This document shows positions 42,709 to 55,151 of a stretch of 64,000 bases of DNA, piece after piece. How positions within the stretch are numbered: the first letter of the stretch is position 1; each line of letters begins with the position of its first letter. The DNA is taken from the NCBI GenBank assembly GCA_963725485.1, contig CAVRYO010000006.1, positions 2,573 through 66,572 on the forward strand, given 5' to 3'. This stretch comes from Pirellulales bacterium. GTDB lineage: Bacteria; Planctomycetota; Planctomycetia; Pirellulales; DATAWG01. A program made the position numbers and the translations under genes. Below the pieces are notes generated by a model. That model worked only from the letters and a program-made list of their open reading frames with translations. It was not told the origin of the DNA and made no database searches.

Positions 42709-44371
42709 CTAAAACTCAATCTTTCGACGGACTTCGACCGCATCCTCCGCAACCCCAGACGCGGGCCTGGCGCGGTCCATGTGCCTAACCGCGCAAGCGG
42801 GTTAATTCTTCGCTCATCGTTTTCGACAGCGGCACCGGACGCGCTCAGAGCCGCGGCCAGAATTTCGGTGTCCAAATCCACTTTGGCGGAAAAAGCGTCG
42901 AACAGTCCGGAGACAATCGCCTCTTCGATTTCCGTGCCGCTGAAGCGCGTCGCTTATTTTTGCCAGCCGCGCCAGGTCGAATCGCTCGGGATCGCGCCCG
43001 CGCTTCCGCAGATGGATCACGAATACCTCGCGGCGCTCCGCGTCGTCGCGGCAAGATCGACGTAGAAGATTTCGTCAAGTCGGCCTTTCCGCAGCAGCTC
43101 TGGCGGCAATGAGGAGACATCGTTGGCCGTGGCGACGACGAACACGGCCGACGTCTTCTCGGACAGCCAAGTGAGCAACGTCCCGAACACGCGCGAAGCG
43201 GTGCCGCCGTCGCTGCCGGCCGAGCCGGTGGCGCCGGCGAATGCTTTGTCAATCTCATCGATCCACAAAACAGCCGGCGCAACGCTCTCGGCAACATGAA
43301 TCGCGCGGCGGACGTTTTCCTCGCTGGAACCAACCAGGCTGCCAAACATCCGGCCGACGTCGAACCGCAGCAGCGGCAGACGCCACATGTTGGAGATCGC
43401 TTTGGCACAAAGGCTTTTGCCACAGCCCTGCATTCCCAACAGCAGGACGCCCTTGGGAGACGGCAGTCCAAATTCCTTGGCCTGGTGCTGAACGCCATCC
43501 GCGCTTGTCAGCCATTGCTTCAGGGAATCGAGACCGGCGACTTGCGAAATGCTGTCTTGCGACTCGTAGAATTCCAACAGCCCGCTCTTGCGAATGATCT
43601 GCTTCTTTTCGCTCAGCACCACCGAGATATCGTTGCCGTCGAGCCGGCCATCACGGACCAAGGTCTTGGCGAAGACATTTTCCGCTTCCTTGAGCGTCAG
43701 ACCTTGTGCGGCGCAGCGGGCGCTCGCGCCCTCGGTGTCGAGATGGATCTGCACGCCGGGCTTGTCCTGGACATCCTCGGTGATCCGGTCCAGCAGCCGG
43801 CTGAAATCGTCCAGGCTCGGCAGCCCCAATTCCAAGACGGTGATGTCCTTCGACAATTCCGGAGCCATGCGCAGCATCGGCGCGACGATGCAGATGGTCT
43901 TGTAGGTATCGCGCAGCTTGAACGCTACGTCGCGCAGCCGGCGGATGACTGCCAGATTGCTGCGGTTCTCCTCCATGAAAGGATGAAAGTCCTTGAACAA
44001 GAAAATCGCGGGCTCGATTTGTTCCAGCACCGCATCCAAGGCCGCCAACGGATCGCTGGTGCTTTCGGGCGACTCCTTTCGAGCGTTGCGGCTCGGCCCT
44101 TGCTTCACAAGTCCTTGCGTGAAGCTCCACAGATAGAGCTTTTTCTTGCGCTTCTGTGCGATCTGGCTCAAATACTGCTCGACACGCTCTTCTTCCCAAC
44201 TGATGACGTAGATGATCGGATACCTGGCCCGGATCAGGATTTCCAATTCCACCGCCGGCGACTGGCACTTCGCGGACGCCACGGCGACGACGGTCGCGGG
44301 GCGCAGGACGCTGGCGGCAGCCGGGGCGCGCTGGGGACGGGATTTCCAGTTGCGGGTGTCGGCTCGCTCAT
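42709..44371 (-). CDS. Ycf46-like AAA+ ATPase (frameshifted)
   Basis: [67 protein letters not shown]. Confidence 0.9.
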
Positions 44372-44554
44372 TCAATCGAACTTTCGCTGCGCTGCTTGCC
44401 AAGGGCGAGCAAGGGATGCTCCTTCGGACAAAGCTCGCGAAGGATGTCGAGCACTTCGCGCGACAAGCCGAAGATAAAAATTCGCCCATCCGACTGGAGC
44501 GTGATTTCGGTGATGCTCGTTTCTTCGTCGGTGATATCGCCGCTCATGAAGTAT

Positions 44555-45398
44555 TCAGTATATAAGATTCAAGCCTGCTTCGATTGCCAATCCGCGCACG
44601 GCGCTGCCGCCGCCGGCCGCCAACGGTCGGCTTAGCTCTTCGTACTTTGCAGCTTGCCATTTTGGCAAAAAACCATCGCGGACGCTGAATTTCGCACTGG
44701 CAAGTGCGTTTTCATCCACTGCACGATCGGTCGGTAGCAACATTCGAGATGGCCCGGCAGGAGCAAGTGCCGCACGATCAGATTGGCACGGTCGGCGACA
44801 AGGCACAGGTTGCGTTCGATGATCGCCGTGTAATTGTCGACGCCGGCCAAACGCTTCGCACAGCGGTCATTTCCGAATTTGAAATCGGCCACGAACACAT
44901 CCACCTTGTCGTATAACAACTCGAACGCCGCGGGAGTTCCGTAGAAATCGGACTTCCAAACCACCGGCAGCAGCACCGCCGCTGCGGCCATCAATTCCAA
45001 AATCGCCGGAAGATGAATCGTCGGTTCGCCACCGACCCATTGAATGTTTTTGGCCCCGCGCTGCTGGCCCCAAGCGACCGCTGTGTCGAAAAACTCTTGC
45101 GTCAGAATCTGCCCCCGGCCGGGATCGAATGCGTTGATGCCTGCGATGCAGAAAACGCAGGCCGCAGATCGCAGCCGGACAGATAAAACAAATGCGAGGG
45201 TACAAGCTCCGGTTCCTCGCCATACTCGATCCGGTGCCGGAACAGGCGCAGTTCTGAACCGGCTTTGCACTTGCCTCGCTCGCCACCGTATCGATCGACA
45301 CCGCAACGGTGCTCGCACAACAAACAATGCGAATACTGCGCTCGGGCACGATCGAGCAATTCCGCGTCCGCGCGAGCCGCTGCAAACCGCTGCGTCAT
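44555..45398 (-). CDS. PflX-like radical SAM protein (frameshifted)
   Basis: CLLCEHRCGVDR, GEEPELVPS, GCDLR/CVFC, VGGEPT, DFKFGN, IVRHLLLPGH.ECC. Confidence 0.85.
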
Positions 45399-45453
45399 GA
45401 GAAGAGATACCGATCACTCGATGGGCAAGACGCTGACGTAATCGTTCGCAGGC

Positions 45454-45528
45454 GGGTCTGGCTCATTTTTCGGCCTGCTGCGGACGGTTACGCGTTAATT
45501 GCAACGCCGAAAAATGTGCCTGACCCCC
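45454..45528. repeat. REP-like imperfect palindrome
   Basis: GGGTCTGGCTCATTTTT...AAAAATGTGCCTGACCCC. Confidence 0.6.
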
Positions 45529-45753
45529 TTGAACTGCCGAACGGCGATGGACGGCCAGTGAACGCTTGCGACGCTGCCTCCTGCCCTGGCCCGCCGCACC
45601 CCTGCATCGTATTTCAGTTGAATGGGGAGTGTCAACTATTACAGGCGATTCATCGAGATCGGCTCTCAGCCCAATAGTCGCAATTTGCGGCCGGCTGGCT
45701 CATAATGCGCGCTAGTTCGAACCGAATTCTCGGGACAGGTGAGGCGAGTTGCG

Positions 45754-47426
45754 ATGGTCAAGCGAGTTCTTGTCGTTGTCGCCGGATTCGTCGGCATGGT
45801 AGCGGCAATCCATTTTGCCGCGATTGCCGCTGAACCAGACAAGCCGCTTGCTCCGGCGCTGAAAGGCAAGTCGGCAGCGATTGAAAAGTCGGCGATCGAA
45901 AAGGCGCTTTCGCAAACCGCGGTGCTGCGGTTCGACAAGACGCCGCTGAACGAGTTCGCGGCGGCGATCGGCAAGCAATACCACGTCAACGTGCTGTTGG
46001 ATCACAAGGGACTAACGGACGCGGGCATGGGCGATGCCACGCCGATTTCGTTCGAACTGGAAGGGGGCGCATTGCGGCAGCGGCTTGCGGTTGCTGCTTC
46101 GACGGCATGGCCTGGGGTATTACGTCCTCGCGGACAATGCCTTGCTAATCACGACTGCCGACGCGGAAAAAGAGCACGTTCGTGAGCCGCTTGTATGATG
46201 TGCGCGATCTTGTCGGCTACGACAAATCGAGTGTCGATGGCGGTATGTCGGCGGACTACGATTCGTTGATCGAGGCGATCACGAGTTCGATTGCACCCGC
46301 TTCGTGGGATTCAGCCGGCGGCCCGGGCTCGATCGACCCAATCCTGGGCTGTCTCATCATTCCGCAGTCGGAAGAAAACCATGAGCAAATTGCCTCGCTC
46401 CTCGAGGGACTGCGGAAAGTCCAGCGGGCGGGGCCTGGCGGCTGCGAGCCGGTGCGGACCGATTTTCCCGACACGCCGATTGCCGCGGCGGTTCAGTCGA
46501 AGCTCGACAAGAAGCAAGATATCCGCTTCGCTGGCGGCGAGCTGTCGGCGATTGTCGCCTGGCTCCGGCAACTCGGCATCCCGACCACTGTCGAAGACGA
46601 TGCCGAAACGCAGGCTAGCAAAGAGAACCAATTTGCCGCGTTGAATCTAACGCAAGTGCCGTTGGAATGGGCGTTGCACCGCATCCTGAATCAACACGAT
46701 TTGGACTTTTTCATCGACGGCGGCGGGCTGGTGATCAGCACTCAAAAAGAAGCCGACAGGCGGGTCGAATGCGTGGTCTATTCTCTGGGCAATTTACCGG
46801 GAGCAGCCAGCACGACGTCGCAGACCGATCTCGATCAACTTGCCAAGGCCGTGGCCGATCCGCAGTCGCAGTCGCCGAATTCACCATCCTGGTCGATTTC
46901 AATCGTGCCCGACGCCGGCGCCTTTATCTGTGTGCAATCGCACGAAGCGCAGGCGCGGTTCGGCAAGCTGTTGGCGCAGCTTCGCGCGAATGCCACGCCA
47001 GCCCAGCCGGCGGCGCCTGAAACGGAGTCGTCCAACCCGGCGGCAGTCATCAAGGTCTATCGCCTGGCGGCCAACTCCGGCAAAGGGGCGGGAGATGCGA
47101 GCGAGGCCGATGCGCAAAAATATGTCGCCGCGATCCGCAATCTGGTGGAACCGAAAAGCTGGACCAAGGGCACAGGCTACATCGCCGCCTTGCCGGGGGC
47201 GGTCGTCGTCCGGCAATTGCCGGCTGTGCAAGAACAAGTCCGCGACATGTTGGTCAAATTAGGAGCCAGCATTCGGGAAGATAAACCCCAAAGCAAACGT
47301 CCTGATATCTACGGAGTCGGTGGCGGCGGAGCGTTTAACGTGATCCAGAGCGATACGGTGCGTACACGGCCATCCGCCGAAGCGCAAGGTAGGCAACGAA
47401 TGACGAAAGAGCCGCGCACGCAGTAA
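45754..47426 (+). CDS. Exported STN/secretin-N-like repeat protein, paralog 1 (frameshifted)
   Basis: Signal peptide; F.KTPL.E..NVLLD.K.L; YDVRDL...LIEAITSSIAPASWDSAGGPGSI...Q.E.HEQI..LL. Confidence 0.75.
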
Positions 47427-47542
47427 GCGAAACCAGCGCCGAACTCGGAATTTTACGCTTAAGCGCTTACTTCGTGCGCGGCTCTTTACGAGGACGGCGT
47501 TTAAACCGGGGGCGATTCGAACCAAGACGAAGGAACCGAACC

Positions 47543-49392
47543 ATGTCTCGGCGTTCTGCACTGTTAGCCTGCTTGCTGGCTGCCGGAATCTCCGCGCTGC
47601 ATGTCGTCTCCAACGGATCCGAACCGCCGCAAGCGGCGAAGCCCAAGGACGTGAAACCCGCTAATTCGCCCCCAAAGGCTCGCGCCAAGGGATCGGAAGC
47701 CCCCATGAGCAGCGAAGAGCAATCTTCGATTCAGAAGAAATTAGATGCGGTGGTCACGCTGAACATCCCAGTGTGCACAAAGTTGAGCGAGGCTGCAGAG
47801 AGCATAGCGAAGCAATACAAAATCAACGTATTGCTGGATCACAAAGCGCTCAAGGAGGCGAATGTTTCCGAGTGGGATCCAGTTTACGTTGATCTGTCGA
47901 ATGTATCATTGCGTCGGGCATTGCGCTGGCTGTTGCAGCCAAAGGAATTGGATTTCTACGTCACGTCCGACAACGTACTGTTGATTACGACTGCGGAAGT
48001 GGTCAAGATTGCCGTCACTGTCCAAGTTTACGATGTGCGGGACTTGCTGGAAAAACGGACGGCCGACGACGATTCGACCCGGGCCATGCGCCGACGACTT
48101 GATCGCGATGATCACCAGTTGCGTTGCTCCCACTTCGTGGGATTCGGCCGGCGGCCCGGGCTCAATCAACAATGAACTTGACAGCCTCGCAATTCGTCAA
48201 ACCGAACCGATCCAAGAACAGATCTCCGGCCTGTTGGCCGCCTTGAGGCAAGTGCGAAGATTCGCCTGGTTCAACGACGCCGATCGCCGTCGGCAGTTCG
48301 CAAGAGGTGCATGCGGTGGTCGCCATCGAGGCCAAGCTTGCGCCGACAAGATGTGCATACGAGGGACATGCACCGGTGTTGGCATCCGAGGAAATGAACT
48401 TGGTGGAATTGCGAGACTCGGTTGACATCCAACGCATTCCGACATTGCTCGACTTTCAGGGCGCTGACCGACGCGAGCATTTCCCCTGCTTCGACGGTGC
48501 TCGATTGCGACTGCAGCAAGTTCGGTTCGATTGGACTTTGCATTGGTTGCTGAAGCAGCGCGACTTGGATTATTACGTCGACGGCGAAGTGCTGGTCATC
48601 ACCACGGCGGACAAAGCTAAAACAGCCAACTGCACCGTCGTCTATCCGATCGGCGATCTGACGGAAACAGGCCGCTCGGGCTCCGCGGTGGATGCCAATG
48701 TTCCGGACTACGACGAGGTGATGAACACGATCACTTCGACCGTCGCGCCGAATTCCTGGGATTCGGCCGGCGGAAACGGCAGCATCGCCATGTTGCCCGC
48801 GGCGAAAGCGCTGGTTTGCAGCCAGACGGACGAGATACAGCAGCAGGTCGCCCAGATGCTGGCCGATCTGCGGGCTCGGATCGCCGCCCACAAGGCAGTC
48901 GCGGAAAAACCGGCCGAATCGCCCGCCGCGCCCGTGGTGCGTGTTTATTTTCTGAAGCCGCCGGCCGCGGCAACCGCCGACGTTCCAGCCAAAGGAGCGG
49001 CGGTGAATGCTCCGGTGAAGGAAACCGCGGCCAAAGAACCGACCGTCAAGGAAGCCGCGACCAACGATGCCCGAGCGGCGCACTACATTGCCGTCGTCAG
49101 CGCTCTCGTCGAATCGAAAAGCTGGACCGACGGCAGCGGCTATATCGCCGGCGTGCCGGGCGCCATCGTCGTGCGGCAGACACCGGAAGTGCAAAAGCGC
49201 ATCGGAGCCCTATTGGTGAAACTGGGCGCCATGCAAGCGGCGACGCCTTACGATCAGTCGCGGTCTGTGCCGGGCCCGTGCGGCGGCTTGGTGCAGCGTG
49301 GATATGGCGGCTCTGGTTTCGGCGGCAGCGGTCGCGGTGGCGGCGCCGCGTTCAGTATTCGTCCGTCGCCCGGGACCGCGAGCACAAGATAG
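47543..49392 (+). CDS. Exported STN/secretin-N-like repeat protein, paralog 2 (frameshifted)
   Basis: Same modules (YDVRDL, SWDSAGGPGSI, SWT.G.GYIA..PGA.VVRQ) as paralog 1. Confidence 0.75.
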
Positions 49393-49430
49393 GTCGAACA
49401 GGAATTCGCGTATCCAAGCCGGAGGAGCAG

Positions 49431-50633
49431 ATGGCTGGTTTACAAACGTCTCGCATCGCCGGTTTGCTTTTGCTCGCCATGCTGGTCGCCGTTGGGAACA
49501 GGGCCACCAGGTATCTGCGAGCCGCCGACGAGCAAAACCCATCGGTCAAGCCGAAATCCGCTGGAGAGTTGTCTAAACCAAAACCGACCAAGCGCACCGC
49601 GTCGGCGGCGTTGAAATGGTTGGCCCGGCATCAAATGCCGCAAGGCAATTGGAGCTTGCAAAAGTATAGCGACAGATGTACTGACCATTCTTGCACTGGT
49701 GCCGCCTCGCACGAATCGCTGGCCGCGGCCACGGCTTTGGGCTTGCTGCCGTTCCTGGCCGCCGGGCAAACGCAATTGAACGAGGGACCATTTCAGAAAA
49801 CGGTTGGCGACGGCATTCATTGGCTCATCAGTCATCAAAAGCCCGACGGCGACTTATCCGACGGCGCGGCAACGCAAATGTTTTCGCACGGCATCGCGGC
49901 GCAAGTGCTTTGCGAATGCTATGGCATTTCCCGCGAACCTGCGGTCGGGGCCGCCGCGCAGCGCGCGATTGATTTCATCCAAAAAGCGCAGGATAAAACC
50001 ACCGGTGGCTGGCGCTATCAACCGGGCCAGGATGGTGACAACGCCCTGTTCGCCTGGGAATTGTTGGCGCTGAAGAGCGGCCAGCGAGCAGGCTTGAGCA
50101 TCAAGCCGGAATCGTTCGATCTGGCGAAGAAATGGCTCAAATCGGTCGCCAAGCGAGCGCCCGACGGCGCCCCCACGGGCCAGTTTTCCTATCAACCCAG
50201 CGGAGCGGCGACGCCGACCATGTCGGCCGCCGGGTTGTTGTGCAGCCAGTATTTGCACACGGATCGAAACGACCCGGTCATGGTCGCCGGCGAAAAGTAT
50301 TTGATGGCGAACCTGCCCGACCGGAATGCTCGCAATATCTACTATTGGCTCTTTGCCAATCAGGTGATGCACAACAGGCAGGACCGAGATTGGGATACAT
50401 GGAACCACAAGCAGCGCGAGAACCTGCTGGCCACCCAGGTTCGCGAAGGCTGCACGGCAGGAAGCTGGAGCCCGACGAGTCCAACTCCTGACGCTTGGGC
50501 TACCCAAGGAGGCCGCCTGGTGGTCACGTCGCTGTCGTGCTTAATTCTTGAGGAAACATGGTGGCACCGTTTTCAGGTCATGCCTTATTACAGCACGCCG
50601 GAAGTGTCGCCGGAAAGCACTAAGAATCGCTAA
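49431..50633 (+). CDS. Prenyltransferase/squalene cyclase-like alpha/alpha-barrel repeat protein
   Basis: GGAGGAG RBS; ALKWLARHQ..GNW, LISHQKPDG, Q...GGWRY, YYW, GSW. Confidence 0.82.
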   Translation: MAGLQTSRIAGLLLLAMLVAVGNRATRYLRAADEQNPSVKPKSAGELSKPKPTKRTASAALKWLARHQMPQGNWSLQKYSDRCTDHSCTGAASHESLAAATALGLLPFLAAGQTQLNEGPFQKTVGDGIHWLISHQKPDGDLSDGAATQMFSHGIAAQVLCECYGISREPAVGAAAQRAIDFIQKAQDKTTGGWRYQPGQDGDNALFAWELLALKSGQRAGLSIKPESFDLAKKWLKSVAKRAPDGAPTGQFSYQPSGAATPTMSAAGLLCSQYLHTDRNDPVMVAGEKYLMANLPDRNARNIYYWLFANQVMHNRQDRDWDTWNHKQRENLLATQVREGCTAGSWSPTSPTPDAWATQGGRLVVTSLSCLILEETWWHRFQVMPYYSTPEVSPESTKNR

Positions 50634-50643
50634 CTTAACCTCC

Positions 50644-50696
50644 GGGGTCTGTCCCCATTTTGCGATGCCCTGTGAGCAAAATGCGGACTGACCCCC
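50644..50696. repeat. REP-like imperfect palindrome
   Basis: Reverse complement shares core TTTT(G/A)CTCACAGGGCATCG(C/T)AAAATG with 42135-42184. Confidence 0.7.
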
Positions 50697-50831
50697 TCGG
50701 CGGCGCGAGTTGAGTTAGGGCTTCTAAGCAGCCGACAAAAGGCGATGCGGCTGAGGGGAAGTGAATCCTCGCAAGCCAGGATGGCGTCCACTCTTTCTTG
50801 TGGACTGCTCGGCCCGATCATTTCCCGCAAC

Positions 50832-53180
50832 CTATTGGTGCAGCAACCGTCGGGCTTCGTTGAGGACGAAGTTGGCGTCCATGAAGGGTTCGTAGCCGAT
50901 GTCGTGCCAGCGGACGAGGCCGGCGCTGTCGATCAGGAACGCGCCGTGCAGCGGCATGTTTTCAAAGTCGTCGTAGGCGCGGTAAGCACGGAACACCGTT
51001 CGATCGGCGTCGCGAGACGAGCGGGAAGTTGATCGTTTCATTCGCCTTCAGCGTGGTCAGCGAATGCTTCAGTGAATCGAGCGATTCGCTGCTGATCGCG
51101 ACGATCGAAATCCCTTCGCGGGAAAAATCGTTGGCCAGCGGCGAAAACTTGTGGAGTTGCTCGACGCAGTGAAGGCAGCCCGAGCCGAGATAGAACAACA
51201 CCAGCACCGGCTTGCCCCGATAATGGTCGAAGGCAATGGGCGTCCCGTCCGGCTGCGGCAGCGACCAGGCCGGAGCGGCCGAAGGATGCCAACAAAACGG
51301 CCCGAGCGTCGCCAACTCCGACCGCTTGCCGACGTCGGCCGGGATTTTGCGGCGTGCGCCAATCATCGGGCAGTTTTAATTCCTTGGCGATCGGCTTCAG
51401 CCGCTCGAACACCGGTTGATCGAGATCGGCTCGGCCGGCCAAGCGTGCGCAGTTTTTCGAACTCGGATTTCGCCTCCGGTTTCTTGCCGGCGGCGGACAA
51501 CACGCTGACTAGCGTGGCCAGCGGATAGACTTCGCCGGGGAATTGCGACGCCGCGGCCCGAGCCAATTTCTCGGCTTCGGCAGCGTCGCCCAAGCGCACA
51601 TAGATCTCCGCGAGTTGATCGCGGTGCAATTCGGTCGTGTCTTTCAGCTTGTCGAATTCGGCCTTTGCGGCGACCCGATTTCCCGCCACGAGCGATCGAA
51701 AACCTTTGACCTCGCCAATCGCCCGCTCCAACGATTGAATCCGCGGGGCATGGGCTTTCAGCGCGGCCGCCATCAGCCGGGCGATCTCGTCTTCGTTCTT
51801 TTTCACCGCGCGGGCCTTGGTTTCCGCTTCATCGGCCGACTTGTAGCGAGCAGTTCTCTCGTCTGCCAGCAGCTTATCCAACTCAGCGAGATATTTGCCG
51901 GCGGCGGTGCCGTGGCCTAGTTCAGCCTCGGCTCGGCCCAGCAGCCGGGCCCGTTCGATTTTGTCGTCCGGAGTATTCAGCGGCGGCAGATAAGGCGATC
52001 GCGCACAGCGCGACCAGCTCGCTCCAGTGTTCGTATTGAACGAGCGTACTGATGAGCCGGATGCGGCCGAAGTGCGAACTGCTGCCGCCATGATCGGGCA
52101 GGTTGTACTTCGGATGCCGCGGCAGATCGAGCATGTTCTTCGACAATTCGATCGCGTCATGAACCCGGCCAATCGCATTCAGATCGCGAATCAGCCATTC
52201 GTTGTTGTGCGCGTAGTTGTAAATCTCGTCGGGCAGGACGCCATCGCGAATCATGTAGGCATGGTCCACGCGGCGCCGAGGCTTCTTGTTGCCAGGCGGC
52301 GTCGGCGTAGCGGTGCAAGTCGGAAAAGATGTGGCCGGGCATGTGCCACATGTGGGCGATGCCGGGAGCCGATTGCCCGCACAACCCGGCCGATGCGAGC
52401 GCTCGAATAGGCTTTTCGCCATCCCACAGATGAATGCGATAATGATGCGCCGGATGCATCGGATCCACGGCAAAGACCTGATCCAGCAACGAATCGACCG
52501 CTTGATAACTGGCGATCGGAATTCGCTTGGGGGCCTCGGTCATCCATTCGGCGTCGATCCAAATCTGCAGCCGCGAGAAACGCCTTGGCCTCGATGTCGT
52601 GAGGATTGTCTTGCACAATCGCTTCCAGATCGCGCACGTACTTGCGCCGCCGCTCGACGTTATCGTCGGCCGCAAACCAAGCGGCCAGCGATTCGATCCA
52701 GGCCCGCTCGCGAGGACTGGCGGTGCGTTTTCGCTGGACCGCCTGAGCGATCATCTCCTTCGCCCGTTTGGGATTGTTGATATTCGCCTGGGCCATACCC
52801 CAATAGGCCATGGCACAGGCCGGGTCGATTGCCGCGGCTTGCCGAAACGACCGTTCGGCTTCGAAGTACCAAAAGCCGTGCAGTTGTCCGACGCCTTGAT
52901 TGAAAAACGCCTGTGCTTCGCGCGATTTCGTAGTGACCGGGAAATCGATTTTGGGCATTCCGGGCATCAATCGGGCCTTTTGGCGTGGACCTTCGTCGAA
53001 CGCCTCGCCATGCTGCGAGTGGCCGGGGTCGACAGTCGCGCCGGCGGCCTTGTTAGCAGTCGCGGCGTCGCCGGCCTTTGATGGAGGATAGATGGCATCG
53101 CCAAACGCCGCGGCGACAAGGCAACAGAGGGCGAGAGGAATCAAGCGGGCAATGATCCGGCCGCAATTATTCACGCGCAT
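50832..53180 (-). CDS. Exported TPR protein with C-terminal AhpC/TSA (peroxiredoxin-like) domain (frameshifted)
   Basis: AQAFFNQG..LHGFWYFEAERSF, HPAHHY.IH, AHMWHMPGH; APAWSL...FYLGSGCLHCVEQ...LHGAFLID. Confidence 0.8.
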
Positions 53181-53335
53181 GAAGAAATCCCGATCGATCG
53201 GCATTCGAGACTGGAGCAGTTAGACGGATACTGTAAGTCTAACAGGGAGGATCGCGAGAGCAACTCGGCGCGGTTGCCGGGCCTTCACGCCGAAACGCTT
53301 CGGCTGAGCGGCAAATGTCGAATGGCGCCGGGCGA

Positions 53336-54168
53336 TCACGCATATTCCTCGCTGTCTTTCTCGCCCTTCTTAGGGTCATCGTCCAGCAGGGTAGCGCGCT
53401 GGTGGAGAATTCGGTCCAATGTCCCCCAGTGAAACCAGAGGCCGATGATATTTTCGTAGCGCTTGATGATGTTGTGCTGATTGTCGACCGCCAGCAGATC
53501 GCCGCCGCCGAAGCCGAGCAAGGTCTCCAACACGTCGCGATAACGGGTGACGAACCGCAAGCCCGAGCGGTCGGTTAGCTCGCAGCCTTCGCCAAAATGG
53601 AATTCGCTGATTTCGTTGGGGCTGAATTTCTTGCGGCGATTGAAATACATCTCGAACAGCGAGCCGATCCAAGGCAGCAACAGCAGCCAGCTCATCACCA
53701 GCACGGTCCCCTGATCGAACCGGGGAGCCAGCGCCGAGATATGGTTGATGATCCAACCGGCGATCGCCACGTTGTGCAAATGCTCGACATATTTCGCCGC
53801 CAGCCAAAGCAACAGCACGACGCCGGTCCAGAGGAGCAACTTCTTCGCACTCAGGTCGTACAGGATCGCCACGATGAAATACGTGAGCACGAAGATATAA
53901 GCCCAAGCGGCAAATTGAACGGCGCTCGGCGCGAGCGCGACTAGCGCCGAAAGGCCAAATCCGCTCACGATCACGATCCACAAGAAGAAGGCCGGATGGG
54001 CGGAATAAACCACCACTTCATCCACCTGCCTACCGCGCCGCAGCAGTCGCGGAAAGAACAGGAAACAGTTCAATAGCAAGCGGCCCGTCTTGCGAAACCA
54101 ATGCCGCTTGCGTTTTGCTCGGGGGAGCGCCGGTTCGGCGCGTCCTTTTCAACTTCAGTGTCGGTCAT
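53336..54168 (-). CDS. Hypothetical multi-pass membrane protein
   Basis: Four TM helices followed by soluble tail; 5' end frameshifted. Confidence 0.7.
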
Positions 54169-54175
54169 GGATGTC

Positions 54176-55043
54176 TCAGGCCATTTTAAGTGGTTCATCA
54201 GCACGCGTGGACCGATCGTGCAACTCGATCATTGGCGCGACGTCGGGATGCACGGTTCCGCCACCCACCACGCCCAAGAACCGGCATGTCGAAAAGTTCG
54301 CCCGGCGCAGGTCGTACTTTGCCAGCCACTCGTCGAAGCGACGCCGCGCTTCCTCGTTTTCATAAGGCCAACGAACCGGTGGCGGCCTAAGGCGGCAGCG
54401 CCAAGGTTTCGGCGTGAGCCTGTGCGCGAAAGCATTCTTGCGCTTTGCATAGCCTTACATAGAGAGGATCGCAACCGGCTTCGCGCAGTAGCTCCAGGGT
54501 CGAATCGGCCTTTGGATCGAACAGATCGTGCGTCACCATCACGCGCAAGCCCGCCGCGGTGCGGTAAACTCGGGAGCTCCAATCAGGACGACCGTCGAGA
54601 AAGCGTTGCCAGTCGGTTCGTGCCCACTGTTCGCGCCGCTCTTCGGGCGAAGGGCCCGACCGCTTGAAAAGCCGGCGAAACAGCCGATTCAGTGGCCCAC
54701 CGAGGAAGCCGGGTGGAAAATCAAGGTCGATGAATAGCACGCGATCGACGTTCAGAATCTGCGCCCCGTAGTTGTTTCGAGTGATTGCCGCGATCAGTTT
54801 TCCTTGCCCGCTCGTAAATCGTTGTAGCACTTCCTCGCGCATCGGAACTTCCCAATACGCGTACAGCTCGGGCCGCTGTTTACTCGCGACACTGCGGACG
54901 AATCGTCGCGCGGCGGCCAGGGCCGATTGGTGTGCGTCGTCCTCGCTCCGATCGGACGATCGCCAACTCGTATGGGAAACGCTCGTCCCGTCGGGCCGAG
55001 TTTCCTCGGCCGTGGCTCGCGACCAATAGGCGGGAATTCTCAA
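54176..55043 (-). CDS. Conserved hypothetical protein (frameshifted)
   Basis: TRNNYGAQILN, FIDLD, RVYRTAAGLR, DPLYVRLC..Q.CFRARLTPKPWR. Confidence 0.7.
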
Positions 55044-55151
55044 CCGCGGTCTCCCGGCATGATGCCGCCCATCGGAAGCGAAAGCCACCCATAGTTTGCA
55101 TCCGACCGACTGAATGACTATCGAATCCAAGTCTAGCGCCAAATACGCCGT

